From positions 1 through 64,000 of IMG/VR virus record IMGVR_UViG_3300030117_001886: a stretch of DNA of 64,000 bases, one strand, 5' to 3'. Shown here one piece after another: positions 1 to 11,548 of the stretch. Position 1 is the stretch's first letter; each line of letters begins with the position of its first letter. Origin of the DNA: a virus. The position numbers and the translations under genes were made by a program. The notes below the pieces were generated by a model, which worked only from the letters and a program-made list of their open reading frames with translations, did not search any database and was not told where the DNA came from.

Positions 1-2
1 AA

Positions 3-3000
3 AAAGAGGCTGATAATATTATAGGAGGCATAGAGTTAGACTATAGGGATAACAACAGCGGCCTAAAAGGTGAGAAGATTACTAGACAGAAAGCACTAAA
101 TTTACTAAAGAAACTTTTACCAGACATGTTTGATAAGAGTGGTAAAATTATACCAAGCATGCTTTCTATGTTAAACTTTGCAGAGATGGAAAGAATGACT
201 GGTAGGACAGATGTTCTTGGTAGATTCTCAAAAGGAGTTATATTCTTACTGGAAGATAAGACAGGCGTATATGAGAATGTAGTACGTCACGAAGCATTAC
301 ATAAAGTAATATGGAACTATCTTACGCCTGCAGAACGTACAGCCTTATACAAGGCAGCTAGACAAAGATATAAAATGCCTGAAGGCATATTCAGTAATAA
401 AGAGGTAGAAGAGAAATTAGCTGATGAGTTTATGACTTACAGGCAAAAGCCTGAATCATTCAAGGATGCTATAGGTAGATTCTTCAAGAAGCTTCTTAAA
501 CTATTTGGGTTCTATCAAAAGAATGTAAACAATATAGATGCATTCTTTGCTAATGTAGAAAGCGGATACTTCTCTGGTAAAATGTATACACCAACAGATG
601 TAACAGGACTTAACTATATAGATATAGAAAAAACATTTGGGACTGTTCAGGTGTACAGAGACTCGTCTAAGATATTTAAAAGTCTTATGGCGAATAACAT
701 GGACACAAATAACAAGAAGGCTGCTATAGACAAAGAGTCTAAGAAAGTTTTGCGTCCGCCAGTAAGTAGAGATGAGGCTCTTAGAATGACAGCTCAGCAA
801 GTTTTAAATAATCTTGCAAAGATGGAGCAGATAGCTAACCCTACTGTAGATCAGAAGAGACTTATAGCGGCAACTAGAAAACTTTCACAAGAGAAAGTAC
901 TAAGAACATTATTTAAAGAATACTACGAGAGAGACTATAAGTCCTTAGGGGTTGACCTTGAGATAGAAGAAGATGTAGATGCAGTAAACTTAAAAGAGAT
1001 TATTGAAAGAGCTTTTGAAAAGGACCACAGTCTTAGTCTATCAGAAGAGGTTGTTGACTTTTTATCTGGTTTAACTTATCAGCAAAAAGGTACAGATACT
1101 ATCAATCGTATAAATATAAAACACGGCTATTTTATCTTATTACAATTATTTGCTGGATTAGATTCTAGCCTTGGTTTCAATGGTATGCAGGAGGAACTTC
1201 TTAAGAGAGGTAACAAACTAGGATTTAAACCTGGTACTGCAGGCCAGGCCGTGTTGAATAAACTAACAGATCCTAAACAAGGAATTTTAGTCCAAGGTTT
1301 AGTAGATAGATTGCCGGGTAGAAAAACTATACCTGGTAATGCTAGATTTATATCGGACAGCCTATTCATATTTGCAGAGGATAAAGGTAGAGATATATAC
1401 AATATCAACTCTGATATTGATCTAAATCCTGAAGGAATAAAAAGAGTAGTAAGGAAGAAAGACGAACTGTCTGAAGATTTCTTCTACAGAGTGTGGGAGG
1501 CTATGCAGGAGAATGGACAAGAGTTAAACTCTAACCAGCTTAAAGCGCTGTATGTAAAAGAGACATCACTCAAGACGCTTAAGAATATCTTTGTAAATGC
1601 TGCTAACCTAAGAAAAGAAAACTTTAAGATAGGTGAGTACGGTTTTGAGGGGGAAAGAAAAACTGTATCGTATTATACGCATAGATCATTTGGCACAGAC
1701 GCAGTACAAAGGTCCTCTGTAAAAGATGGTATGACAACTAATGCCAAGAGACTTGTAGGAAACATACCTGGTATTGTACAAAAATTAAAAGCAGGTAAGG
1801 TAGAGGATGGAGTTATACAGTTCTTAGATGTTATAGGATATGATAGATCTCTTATATCTCTAGACTTTAGAAATGAAGCTGAGCTTAAGCAGAAGCTTAT
1901 AAACATGCTAGAAGAGGTTAAGAACAATTATAACAAAGATGTAAACGTTTTATCTGAAACAGAGTTTGATTCTAATAACAAGCCGGTAGTAACTGGTAAG
2001 AGAAAGATTACTATGGAGGAGATAGTAGACAATGAAAGAAGTACTATCAATCTATTAGGGGGAGCATTACAGTTTATAGGGCAGGGACAGAAGCCACAGT
2101 CAATTAGAAATGCTGACGGTAAAAATATATACATATATCATAATAGTTCGTTTGGTGTAGACGCAATACTATCTCTACGCCCTAGCGTTAAGAAAAAAGA
2201 CAGAAAAGAATACTTACAAGAGGGTAGTCCTGCATACGAATCAACTTATCAATACAACATCTTTGCCAATGGTGATAGTAGAATATACAATATATCAGAT
2301 CACGATGCCATAATATCTTCATCAGGATTTGGTAGAGCTAAAGTATACAGAAGAGAAGAGGAGGCTAACTGGTCAGATAGAATATTTAACTATATGTTCT
2401 TAGCAGATATGTCTGCTATAGATAAAGGTAAAGGCATCTACAAGTACTCACAGCAGATACACACTGTAGCAGATGCGCCTACACTAAAAGCAGCTGAAGT
2501 TAGATTCTTAATGCCTGATCAACAAGATGCAGCTATTAGAAATATTATAAGACAATACAAATCTAAGCCTAAGAAAGGTAGTCCTACCGCATTTACTAGT
2601 ATACTAGAATCTAATATGAGTGAGTCTCAAAAGCTAGCTGCTATAAAGAAAGAGTTTAAGGACAGAGCTAAGAAGTTTGAGCAGGATTTAAAAGATAATA
2701 ATGTAAACTATAACACAAATGCCATGGATGGCATGATCAAAGTTCTACAGGACAATGGTGTTATAGCTAAGTTTGAAGGTGATGAGGTACAAAGAGAGGA
2801 GCAAAAAGAAAAAGCTAGATCTCAAGTTATAGAGCAGTTTGTAGCTAATTATGCAATTAATGGATTTTTCTTAAATCAGATTGTATTAGGAGATGAGGCA
2901 CAGTTTGGTAACTCATTTAAAGTAATTAAGCGTACTAAGATTGCATTTGCACCTGGATATAAAGGGTTTGTGAATGACAAGTATGGAATGCAGAAAGAGT

Positions 3001-6000
3001 TTAGAGTTATAGTTGCTAATGATCCAGTAGCTTCTCCATTTGATTACATGAGTGATAAAGAGAAAGCTGAGCTCCGTGATGATATGAAGGCTATAATGGG
3101 TACAGAGTTTGAGAACTTTGACATGGCAGATGCACAAGGGTTTATCCTACCCGAGCGTTTAGCTGACATACGTCGTGGTTTTGGTGGAGGTATAAAAATT
3201 AGTACTGTACTAAAACCTGTATACTTTGGTGTTGATAAGGACGGCCAAACGCATGCACTTAAGTATTCTGCAGTTGTATTAAGTGATGATTTAGTATCTA
3301 AACACCCAAAGCTTGAACAACTTAGAGCTGCAATGCGCGCTATAAAAGCAGATGAATATGTATTTAAAACCGCCAACAAGGTAGGTGGCCCTAAGACTCT
3401 TGCAGGAAATGGCTATGCAAATAATAAAGTAACTGTAGATGGTAAGTTTAATGAAGAGCTTAACTTTACAGAAGACAATGTTGTAGTACTAGACAACAAG
3501 AACTATAGAATACAGCTAGATCCAAAAGCTGCGTTAGATAAGGTAGTATCTAATCCTACACAGCTAGCGTATTTTATTGACTCAAATGGTTTGAACTTTG
3601 ATGCTGCATTGGAGTACTATCAGTTAATGGCTGATGAGTTTGGTATGGGGCTAGAAGACTTCTTAAGATCCGTAGACTCATTGTCAAGTAATAAAAAGAA
3701 TGCAATAGAATCTCCTGAAAAGTCTCGTATAAATAACATGCGTCACAGAGCTAGACAGATGGCTAAAGAGTCGGCTAGTAAACTTGCATCCTCTCAGAAG
3801 GAAGCCGAGGTTCTTAGTACAAAAGCTAAAGTTGTAGAGCAAGACAAGGATGGTAATAATATAGAAAGAGAAAGGTTTGCAATTGATATAAACTTCCCAG
3901 GTGTTGCGCAAAAGGTGTTCTCTCTAATGTTGTCTAAGTTAAAGAGTCACACTGTAAAAGTTAAGTTCCCGGGTTACAAAATGGTGTTACAATCATCATA
4001 CGGTATAGATGTGTACGAAGAGAATGGCGTAGCTAGAACAAAAGATCAAATAGAAAACTTTGATGAGAAGCTTGCTAACGGCACTATAAAGGAAAGACCT
4101 CTAAAACACATAACAGCTGATAAACCTTATGTAGAAGTACTTATGCCTTCTATACATCAAGATAGATTTCAGATAGGTGACACCATACTTAATGAAAACA
4201 TGATGGGCTTCCGTATACCATCTACAGAGCTACACTCTGCGGTTGCAATAAAGGTTGTAGGTTTTTACGATGCATTCCAAACTAATGTACTAGTTGCACC
4301 TAAAGAGCTCACACCGCTGCATGGTAGTGACTTTGACGTCGACTCATTATTTGTTATACGTAAAGCTACAATGTTTGATAACAAGAACGGTAAGAAGTTG
4401 TATGCAAACACTGAGAGAGGATTAGAGTATGATGGAGAATTAATACTAAGCATGGCTGACTCTTTAGATGTAGCCTTTTTAGACTTAGTGCAAGAAAGAT
4501 ACGATAAAGCTAGTGATAGATTTAGTGAGTTAATGGTAATGCAAAGACAGGAACTAGCAAAAGAAAGTCCTGTAAAAGAAGCGCTTGATGCCATTAAGGA
4601 TGAGATGTCTGCTATAAATAAATTTAGAGATATGGCAAGAGTTGCTATGAGCGCTATGCGTAAAAATAGAATGCTTGACATTTATCTAGAAGTTATAGAA
4701 GCTAAGAAGAACAGAGCTTCAATGCTTACGCCTATTGACATGAATAACTTTAAGGGTGTAAATAGAAAGGGCTCACCATCTGTGTTTGATGCTCTTAGCC
4801 AGGCTCTTGGCGTAGAGATACAAGATGGGCATGAGCAGTTATATAGAGACATAGACTTAACTGATCCTCTTGGAGAGAGATATATGCATCAAAGTAACAG
4901 ACAAGGCGCTATCCTTACAGGTGTATTTGCAAATGCAATGAAAGTTCTTATCTATGCTAGAAAAGGTAAAGAAGTACAAGGTAATAAAGAAGAGTCTAAA
5001 GTATTCTACGGATCGGGTGATAATATATTATCGTATGAAATAGATGGAACAAACTATGCAGAGCTAGCTATTAATGCAAGAGGTAAAGATATTAATGGTG
5101 AGATTGCAGATGAGTATGTATATGGTACACTTGACTCTGCAGTGAACGCTTCTATTGATAATGCTAATGAGCAGATACTAAATATAATTAATCTAAATGG
5201 AGATACCTCAGCTATATTTACAGTAATGACTAGTCAAGGTGTACCTCTAAACAAGGTTGCATTCTTTATAAACCAGCCTATTATACGAGCTGCTTCTAAA
5301 AGTCTAGGATTTAGAATGACTAACAAACTGACTAAGATGGAAGAGATTGTAGCAAATAAGCTAGGACTTAACATGGATCAGCTGCAGGAAAGATTAAACA
5401 GTGTAGAGATTACCACAGAAGCTCTTAGGGATGGCGTTCGTAGATCTGACATACTAGAAGATAAAAGTTTAGATGACATGCTTGGATCTTCAGCCAAAGA
5501 AATACTATTCCAATTAAAAGTAGCACAGCTTGCTAAGCAGATACTTAAGTATGATGACACTCTTAGAGATATGAGTAAAGCACTGAGTGTGTTACAATCT
5601 ATGCCATCTTCACTAGCTGAGTTTGAAGATATAAAACAAGCAGTTGCTAAAATTGTTACTAGAAATGAGGACGGCGAGCTAGAGTTTAACAGTAATTTTG
5701 GAATGCAAATTCCTGATATAACTAAAAACTTAGCACACTTTAGAGCTGCTATGGAAGTAGTAGAAGCGTTTGATGTGTACTCTGAAAATGCATTCCACAT
5801 TGCGCACCCAGAAATGAAAGCTTTTGCAGCTGAAATAGGTAAGCAGTTTACTACAGACAAGGAAGAAAAAGAAACTGCAAACGAAAAGAATGTAAAGATA
5901 CGTACTGAGTTTATCAAGTACATAGCATCTGGTATGCCGCAGTTTACTACGATTAATGAGCCTCTATATACATACAAAGGTACATTTGGTGAAATACAGT

Positions 6001-7025
6001 TTGGAGGTACTAGAGCATTTATTTCAGGACTAGTAGACGATATAGCTGCCTTGCCTAAATCTGAAAGATTCAACAACAAGTTCTTAGCAGGGCTAGAGAT
6101 TAGAAGACAGGCTGGTAGACCGTCGGGCGTGAAGTTCCAAGGCGCATCTAGTCTTACTCAGGAAGATTTAATAGAGTTATACAACGATTTTGAAAAGATA
6201 GATAGCGCTCTTAAGAATAAACTTGTTAAGTATGCTGTAGTTGCTGAGGGTATGTCGTTTGGTGCTGGCAATATTTCACTAGTAATAAATCCAAAATATT
6301 TTGCAGAGGTAGAGAAAGAGAGAACTAAGTTGATGGATAAAATATTCCCAGCTAAGTCTGCAGGAAAAGCAGCTATAGCCAAAGCGCAAACTATGCGGGA
6401 CAATATCCTAGAGCACTTTGAGATACAGTTTGCTTTAAATAATATTGGTAATGTAAAAAGAATATACGGTAAAGAAACAGGAGAGGTTCTAACTGAGAAT
6501 GGTAAGACTATAAGCAGAAAGGTAAAAGATGGAAGAGCTTACTATTTTAAGATGGAAAATGGTCCTAAGTATCTTAAGAATAACTTTACTGGTGACTTAT
6601 ACATAAGAACTTACCAGGAGACTAAGGATGATTTAATAGTTGCGTACTATGATAAGGTAGGAAAAAGTAATAATGCAGCATCCATATATTCGTCTTCAGA
6701 ATTTGTAATGGACAATGGTTATCTTATAAACCAAGCATTTAATAGTCAGCATCCTGTATTTGCAGTAAATAATTTAGATAGCAACACTGTAGATATTATT
6801 GGTAAGTATGAAGGATTAGAGCCTGGAATGATGGTAGGACTAGTGTTGAGAGGAGATGAGGTTAGAAGTAACATGCAGTTAGCAGAGATTGACTCTATAG
6901 ACACTTCCAAAGAAAATATAATTTCACTATCTTTGAAGCCTGGTAGATCAGTTGTTACTGGTAAGGCTGCTACAACTGAGGCATATAAAAGAGTGCATAA
7001 CGTGAAACCAAGTCAAGAGTGTTAA
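3..7025 (+). CDS. Virion-associated (crAss-like) DNA-dependent RNA polymerase with N-terminal zincin-like HExxH module; 5'-truncated
   Basis: Over 2300 aa. Catalytic double-psi-barrel motif GSDFDVD at 4329-4343, preceded by FRIPS. VVRHEALH at ~288-302 followed by EEKLADEF. The frame is open from nt 3 to the Met at 126, so the true start lies upstream of the window. Confidence 0.88.
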   Translation, partial: KEADNIIGGIELDYRDNNSGLKGEKITRQKALNLLKKLLPDMFDKSGKIIPSMLSMLNFAEMERMTGRTDVLGRFSKGVIFLLEDKTGVYENVVRHEALHKVIWNYLTPAERTALYKAARQRYKMPEGIFSNKEVEEKLADEFMTYRQKPESFKDAIGRFFKKLLKLFGFYQKNVNNIDAFFANVESGYFSGKMYTPTDVTGLNYIDIEKTFGTVQVYRDSSKIFKSLMANNMDTNNKKAAIDKESKKVLRPPVSRDEALRMTAQQVLNNLAKMEQIANPTVDQKRLIAATRKLSQEKVLRTLFKEYYERDYKSLGVDLEIEEDVDAVNLKEIIERAFEKDHSLSLSEEVVDFLSGLTYQQKGTDTINRINIKHGYFILLQLFAGLDSSLGFNGMQEELLKRGNKLGFKPGTAGQAVLNKLTDPKQGILVQGLVDRLPGRKTIPGNARFISDSLFIFAEDKGRDIYNINSDIDLNPEGIKRVVRKKDELSEDFFYRVWEAMQENGQELNSNQLKALYVKETSLKTLKNIFVNAANLRKENFKIGEYGFEGERKTVSYYTHRSFGTDAVQRSSVKDGMTTNAKRLVGNIPGIVQKLKAGKVEDGVIQFLDVIGYDRSLISLDFRNEAELKQKLINMLEEVKNNYNKDVNVLSETEFDSNNKPVVTGKRKITMEEIVDNERSTINLLGGALQFIGQGQKPQSIRNADGKNIYIYHNSSFGVDAILSLRPSVKKKDRKEYLQEGSPAYESTYQYNIFANGDSRIYNISDHDAIISSSGFGRAKVYRREEEANWSDRIFNYMFLADMSAIDKGKGIYKYSQQIHTVADAPTLKAAEVRFLMPDQQDAAIRNIIRQYKSKPKKGSPTAFTSILESNMSESQKLAAIKKEFKDRAKKFEQDLKDNNVNYNTNAMDGMIKVLQDNGVIAKFEGDEVQREEQKEKARSQVIEQFVANYAINGFFLNQIVLGDEAQFGNSFKVIKRTKIAFAPGYKGFVNDKYGMQKEFRVIVANDPVASPFDYMSDKEKAELRDDMKAIMGTEFENFDMADAQGFILPERLADIRRGFGGGIKISTVLKPVYFGVDKDGQTHALKYSAVVLSDDLVSKHPKLEQLRAAMRAIKADEYVFKTANKVGGPKTLAGNGYANNKVTVDGKFNEELNFTEDNVVVLDNKNYRIQLDPKAALDKVVSNPTQLAYFIDSNGLNFDAALEYYQLMADEFGMGLEDFLRSVDSLSSNKKNAIESPEKSRINNMRHRARQMAKESASKLASSQKEAEVLSTKAKVVEQDKDGNNIERERFAIDINFPGVAQKVFSLMLSKLKSHTVKVKFPGYKMVLQSSYGIDVYEENGVARTKDQIENFDEKLANGTIKERPLKHITADKPYVEVLMPSIHQDRFQIGDTILNENMMGFRIPSTELHSAVAIKVVGFYDAFQTNVLVAPKELTPLHGSDFDVDSLFVIRKATMFDNKNGKKLYANTERGLEYDGELILSMADSLDVAFLDLVQERYDKASDRFSELMVMQRQELAKESPVKEALDAIKDEMSAINKFRDMARVAMSAMRKNRMLDIYLEVIEAKKNRASMLTPIDMNNFKGVNRKGSPSVFDALSQALGVEIQDGHEQLYRDIDLTDPLGERYMHQSNRQGAILTGVFANAMKVLIYARKGKEVQGNKEESKVFYGSGDNILSYEIDGTNYAELAINARGKDINGEIADEYVYGTLDSAVNASIDNANEQILNIINLNGDTSAIFTVMTSQGVPLNKVAFFINQPIIRAASKSLGFRMTNKLTKMEEIVANKLGLNMDQLQERLNSVEITTEALRDGVRRSDILEDKSLDDMLGSSAKEILFQLKVAQLAKQILKYDDTLRDMSKALSVLQSMPSSLAEFEDIKQAVAKIVTRNEDGELEFNSNFGMQIPDITKNLAHFRAAMEVVEAFDVYSENAFHIAHPEMKAFAAEIGKQFTTDKEEKETANEKNVKIRTEFIKYIASGMPQFTTINEPLYTYKGTFGEIQFGGTRAFISGLVDDIAALPKSERFNNKFLAGLEIRRQAGRPSGVKFQGASSLTQEDLIELYNDFEKIDSALKNKLVKYAVVAEGMSFGAGNISLVINPKYFAEVEKERTKLMDKIFPAKSAGKAAIAKAQTMRDNILEHFEIQFALNNIGNVKRIYGKETGEVLTENGKTISRKVKDGRAYYFKMENGPKYLKNNFTGDLYIRTYQETKDDLIVAYYDKVGKSNNAASIYSSSEFVMDNGYLINQAFNSQHPVFAVNNLDSNTVDIIGKYEGLEPGMMVGLVLRGDEVRSNMQLAEIDSIDTSKENIISLSLKPGRSVVTGKAATTEAYKRVHNVKPSQEC

Positions 7026-7026
7026 T

Positions 7027-10000
7027 ATGGCGTGTACAATAAACATAACTCCAAAGTTTGGACCTAATACAGGTAAAGAAGTTCAGAGCAGTCTGTTTGA
7101 TCAAATAATAGAACTGATAAAAGATCCTAAATTAGCGCAGGATGCGTATGAGCAGGTCAGAACTCCTGAGTTTATAGAGAAGTTTGGTGATTGGATAAAT
7201 GATCCAGCGTCTTATGCGGCTAAGCTAGATGATAATGGTGAACCAATATTAGTAGAAAGAGATACAGAAGCAGTGTTCCCTGGTTTAGATGAACCTATTG
7301 TACTAAAACATTTTAAGAGAGAATCTACTGCTCCAACTGCAGAGAAATCTGTAGGCACAGATAATCTTAACGAGACACCTAACACAAAAGCACAGGCTAG
7401 GTTAGCTAACGTGATTAGAGAACTAAATCAAAAGAAAAATGAGGAGGGTCTTACCCTTGAAAATCCTGGTGACTCTGAGTATAAAGGTAATACAAGAAAC
7501 TATAAAAGATTAACCTCTGAGGTAAAGAAAATTGTTGGTAAAGATGTGGAGCTAGAGCGAGCCCGTAATGCAGCTGAAACTCTATACAACAACCTGCGCA
7601 AGGACCAACAAAAAGATACCATTACAATTGAAAACAAAGAGTTAAGTTTTGAGGAACTAGTAGAACACTACGAAAGAAAATTTAATACAGCAGCTGCATA
7701 CGGGCGAGCTATCCACAAGTATCTAGAATACCACATTACAAAAGATAGAGCTTTACTCACAGAGCTAGCATATATACGAGCAGCAAAAACAAAAGAAAAA
7801 GACGGCGTTGTACAAGACAAGATAGATGCCAAAGCTACTAACTGGGTAACAAATGAAAATGTTGCCAATCTATTGACAGCTAGGTCAGGATACACATCTA
7901 GTGATCAGATGGCTGCTGAGGTTATGATACATAGTGATATACTTGGTATAGCTACACAGGTAGATGGTTTATATTCACATGATGATAACACTATAAGTCT
8001 TGTTGATTGGAAGTCTGGTGCTGCTTTTCTTAATGACAAGTCAACTATACAACCCATGCCGTATGCTAGGGGTAAAGATTATATTGGTAACAGCAGATTA
8101 AATCAGGCTAAGCTTGAGCTTGCATTGCGTGCACTTATTATAAAAGAACAAGTACCTGATGCTAAGTTTAGAAACTTAACTGTACACCACATAGAAAGAA
8201 ACAACCTCGGTAAAAATCCATACAGAGTAGACCTGCAAGAGTTCTTAGGTATACTAAAAGAATACTTTAAAGCCACTGCACCAGAAAAATTTAGAGAGCT
8301 GGATGCAAAAGGATTGTTTGATTACAAAAACTACAAAGACTTTGAGGCTGAAGCTGACATGGTTCTTACTAAATATAAGCACCTACCTACTAAGGATCAG
8401 ATTCCTGCTCTTGAAAACGAAGCAATACTTCTAAGAAATAGAATTAATACAAACAATTCTAGAAATATTATAGAAGATAAAAGAAAGCTAGGCGAGATAA
8501 CAGCAGAAATATTAATGCTAAAGGATCATACTAAAGGTGAATTAGACCCTGATACTATTGCTGATAGCACTAACTCTACAGAAGGAATGCTTAAGGCCTA
8601 CTTTGGTACACTAGCTAATATGTCTAACAAACATATACAGCAATACAATGCACTGTTTCAAAGATCTAGAAAAGCATTTTTAGAAGATAAACAAAAAGAA
8701 AGAAGAAAGGCAGACAAACTATTTAAAGCTGTACAGGATGAATACTATAGAAAGAATCCTTTGAAAGGTATAACTAGAGATGTAGTATCATTTTATGATT
8801 ACAAAGATGTCTATGGTTTTGCATTTAAATTTAGAGAAGATGAGTCAGTATCCATGTCCGGGTTTTATAGAAAAACCATGGCGGAAGCAAAGAAAGAGTT
8901 AGCAAATGGTGAGATGACTCAAGCTCAATATAACTTATTAGAATATCTAGACAATACATGGAGAGGCACTTGGTCTGATGTTATGCTTAACACTGCATAT
9001 ACAGATAGATATGGTAAAGAAGTTTCTTATGCTAGAAGCATTGGCTTGATAGATGATGGTTCTAGAAGAGGAGTTGTAAATGATAATGGTAGTCTATCTG
9101 AAATGTTTGTACCAAGATTACCAAAAGAAATGTCTGAAACCGGTGAAGAGTATTCAGGTTTATTAAAGCCTCTTAAATCTCTATATCAAAAAGTAAAGAT
9201 GTTTGCACGTAGAAACTTTACATTCTTTGAAGAGGAGAATTATTACGCATACGGGGAAGATCAGTCTACATTCAATGCAGTGAAAGTAAGATACATGGGT
9301 AGTGAGTACTCTATTGCAGGACAGCAACATTCATTTAATTTAGAAAAAATGCATGCTGACTTTATGGTTAATATGTATCAAAAGAAATACATGGATAATG
9401 CGCTAGCAATGGCGGACGGCCTTAAGAGTTTTTATGAAGCTAAAGCAGAAGTAGGTCAAACAGCTAGATATGCTCCAGTAATTGAAATGTTAGATAAGCA
9501 TATTGTAAATACACTACTACAAGAGTTAGGATATAGACAGGCAGTGTTAACAAAAAAACAAATTACAATACCTGCCTTATACCCAGGAGGTAAAGTACAA
9601 ACAATAAATCTTTGGAAAGGTCTTATGGCATTAAAAAATCTTGCAACAGCAAAAGCATTATGGTTAAAAGCTGTAGCAGGTACATTTAATGGTTTACTTA
9701 TTACATTTCAAACTGCAGTTAATGCAGCTTCAGGTAGTATATCAAAACGTGTACTAAGAGCACAAGGTTTATCTACAGATGATATTGACTTTACTATATC
9801 TGATTTACTATTTGGTGTAGGTGAAATGACAAAGTATTATGCAGATATTTTAAATCCTCTTGCAGATAAGAGAGATAACAAAATGTATAACTTATTACAG
9901 AAGTTTAACTATCTACCTGATAACTATGATTATGCATCTGATCCAAAAGAACTGCGCATGACTAAAAATAGTTTGTTTAGATATTCTAATCTATTTTTCT

Positions 10001-10962
10001 TTCACTCAATACACGAGGAGTGGGGGCATGGTGTGTTATTAGCTGCTCAAATGAGAAAGATAAAAATGGCTGACGGATCAAATATATGGGATAGTTATAA
10101 TGATGATGGGTCGTTCAAAGAGTTTAAGGAAGATGGTTCTAGAAATGTTAGGGGATTAAGAAAAGGTAGAACAAAAGCTCAGGATGAAGTTATTAGTGAT
10201 CTTACAGCGGAAGAGTTAAATAGAATGTATAAAGCTAGTACACTTATACATGGTGCGTATAGATCTTGGGAAAGAGCTGCAATAGAAAGTTATGTACTTG
10301 GGCAATGGTTCTTACAGTTTAAAAAATATTTACCTGCCATACTATTTAGAGAGTGGGAAGGTAGACATGAGGATTTCAATCTTGGATATTTTAAATATGC
10401 AGATGAAAATGGTAATAGAAAAACTGAAATTGTAGATGGTGTAGAGTTAGATGTTATGGAATGGCATTCTGCTATGCATGAAGGAAGGGCTAGAGTTATG
10501 GGAGGAGTTTTGCTAGCAGGTCTAGGAATGAAATCATTTAGAAGTCCTGCAGGTAGAGGAGACTATAGATTTAGTCAGCTAAGCGGAAGAGATAAAGTAG
10601 GTGTAGTAGGATTAACAACTAGTTTATTTTTTAGTCTTTTGTTTTGGATTGCACTTGGTGCATACTTTGAAGATGATGAAGATAATCCATATGCAAAAAG
10701 ATTTGGATTCCTTGCAGCGGATGGGTTACAAGGTTTTAACCCGCGTGAGGTATTACGTACAGTTAAGAATCCACTTGCAGTAATTACACAATTAAATAAT
10801 TTAGCTGATGGGCTATCACAGATGATAGTATCAGGAGTATCCGGTGACTTTACTGGGGAAGGAAAGTTAAAAGGTCAGAATCAAGTTATGAAAGAAGTAC
10901 CGTTCTTATCTATACAAGCAGAACTAGAACGTTACGAACTTGTAGGAGGAACAGAAAGGTAA
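7027..10962 (+). CDS. Large polyvalent virion/ejection protein with PD-(D/E)xK nuclease domain and C-terminal hydrophobic helices
   Basis: 1311 aa directly after the RNAP. N-terminal TPEFIEKFGDW..LDDNGEP motif typical of polyvalent proteins. Nuclease motifs GRAIHKYLE, EVMI, QVDGL and VDWKSG. Hydrophobic segment VGVVGLTTSLFFSLLFWIALGAYF. Confidence 0.7.
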   Translation: MACTINITPKFGPNTGKEVQSSLFDQIIELIKDPKLAQDAYEQVRTPEFIEKFGDWINDPASYAAKLDDNGEPILVERDTEAVFPGLDEPIVLKHFKRESTAPTAEKSVGTDNLNETPNTKAQARLANVIRELNQKKNEEGLTLENPGDSEYKGNTRNYKRLTSEVKKIVGKDVELERARNAAETLYNNLRKDQQKDTITIENKELSFEELVEHYERKFNTAAAYGRAIHKYLEYHITKDRALLTELAYIRAAKTKEKDGVVQDKIDAKATNWVTNENVANLLTARSGYTSSDQMAAEVMIHSDILGIATQVDGLYSHDDNTISLVDWKSGAAFLNDKSTIQPMPYARGKDYIGNSRLNQAKLELALRALIIKEQVPDAKFRNLTVHHIERNNLGKNPYRVDLQEFLGILKEYFKATAPEKFRELDAKGLFDYKNYKDFEAEADMVLTKYKHLPTKDQIPALENEAILLRNRINTNNSRNIIEDKRKLGEITAEILMLKDHTKGELDPDTIADSTNSTEGMLKAYFGTLANMSNKHIQQYNALFQRSRKAFLEDKQKERRKADKLFKAVQDEYYRKNPLKGITRDVVSFYDYKDVYGFAFKFREDESVSMSGFYRKTMAEAKKELANGEMTQAQYNLLEYLDNTWRGTWSDVMLNTAYTDRYGKEVSYARSIGLIDDGSRRGVVNDNGSLSEMFVPRLPKEMSETGEEYSGLLKPLKSLYQKVKMFARRNFTFFEEENYYAYGEDQSTFNAVKVRYMGSEYSIAGQQHSFNLEKMHADFMVNMYQKKYMDNALAMADGLKSFYEAKAEVGQTARYAPVIEMLDKHIVNTLLQELGYRQAVLTKKQITIPALYPGGKVQTINLWKGLMALKNLATAKALWLKAVAGTFNGLLITFQTAVNAASGSISKRVLRAQGLSTDDIDFTISDLLFGVGEMTKYYADILNPLADKRDNKMYNLLQKFNYLPDNYDYASDPKELRMTKNSLFRYSNLFFFHSIHEEWGHGVLLAAQMRKIKMADGSNIWDSYNDDGSFKEFKEDGSRNVRGLRKGRTKAQDEVISDLTAEELNRMYKASTLIHGAYRSWERAAIESYVLGQWFLQFKKYLPAILFREWEGRHEDFNLGYFKYADENGNRKTEIVDGVELDVMEWHSAMHEGRARVMGGVLLAGLGMKSFRSPAGRGDYRFSQLSGRDKVGVVGLTTSLFFSLLFWIALGAYFEDDEDNPYAKRFGFLAADGLQGFNPREVLRTVKNPLAVITQLNNLADGLSQMIVSGVSGDFTGEGKLKGQNQVMKEVPFLSIQAELERYELVGGTER

Positions 10963-10965
10963 TGA

Positions 10966-10983
10966 AGGGGCACAAGGCCCCCT
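10966..10983. terminator. Hairpin at the convergence of the + and - gene blocks
   Basis: GGGGC-ACAAG-GCCCC stem between the converging stops at 10962 and 11004; U-tracts are weak. Confidence 0.5.
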
Positions 10984-11003
10984 ATTACCACACACAAATT
11001 TAG

Positions 11004-11546
11004 CTATGATTCTTGCTCCATAGCCATGAGCAACAACAAGAGGTATCCTATAAGATCTCTTGCTGTATCCTCGGTATCATCATTCAATCCCTTGTTAGCT
11101 ATCCTTGCTAACTTATCATCTATCCTAGCTTTGATAGCCTCTGCGGGCCCAAGCTTACTAAAGATACCAAGAGGTTTGAGCGCTGTGTTTCCATACGCAG
11201 CATTCTTCTCTTTCAACAAACTAGTGATGGATTCAGTAACCTTGTCTAAGTGCCATGCAAAATCTGCACTCTGAGGAACCTTCCACTTGTTTAGACTCAG
11301 ACCGGTAGCAATCTCATCTAAAGCTTTTACCTTTTCTTCCCATGATACAGAATCAGTAGTAGGCACAGTGCATGCACCAGGCTCAACTTTTTCTACACAA
11401 TCTTTTGGGTACCAAAAACTATACTGAGTTTCTCCAGGCATTATAAGTCTAAATCCTTCTCTAGGGTTTGTTTCTATTACTTCATATACATGACCTACCT
11501 TACCGCGGTGGCCACAATTTTTTATTATTCTTGCTAATTGTTTCAT
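11004..11546 (-). CDS. DUF1599 / nucleotide-modification-associated (MazG-like all-helical) domain protein
   Basis: C-terminal KEKNAAYGN...RIDDKLARI...EDTARDLIGY pattern. Confidence 0.7.
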   Translation of the reverse strand: MKQLARIIKNCGHRGKVGHVYEVIETNPREGFRLIMPGETQYSFWYPKDCVEKVEPGACTVPTTDSVSWEEKVKALDEIATGLSLNKWKVPQSADFAWHLDKVTESITSLLKEKNAAYGNTALKPLGIFSKLGPAEAIKARIDDKLARIANKGLNDDTEDTARDLIGYLLLLLMAMEQES

Positions 11547-11548
11547 AT

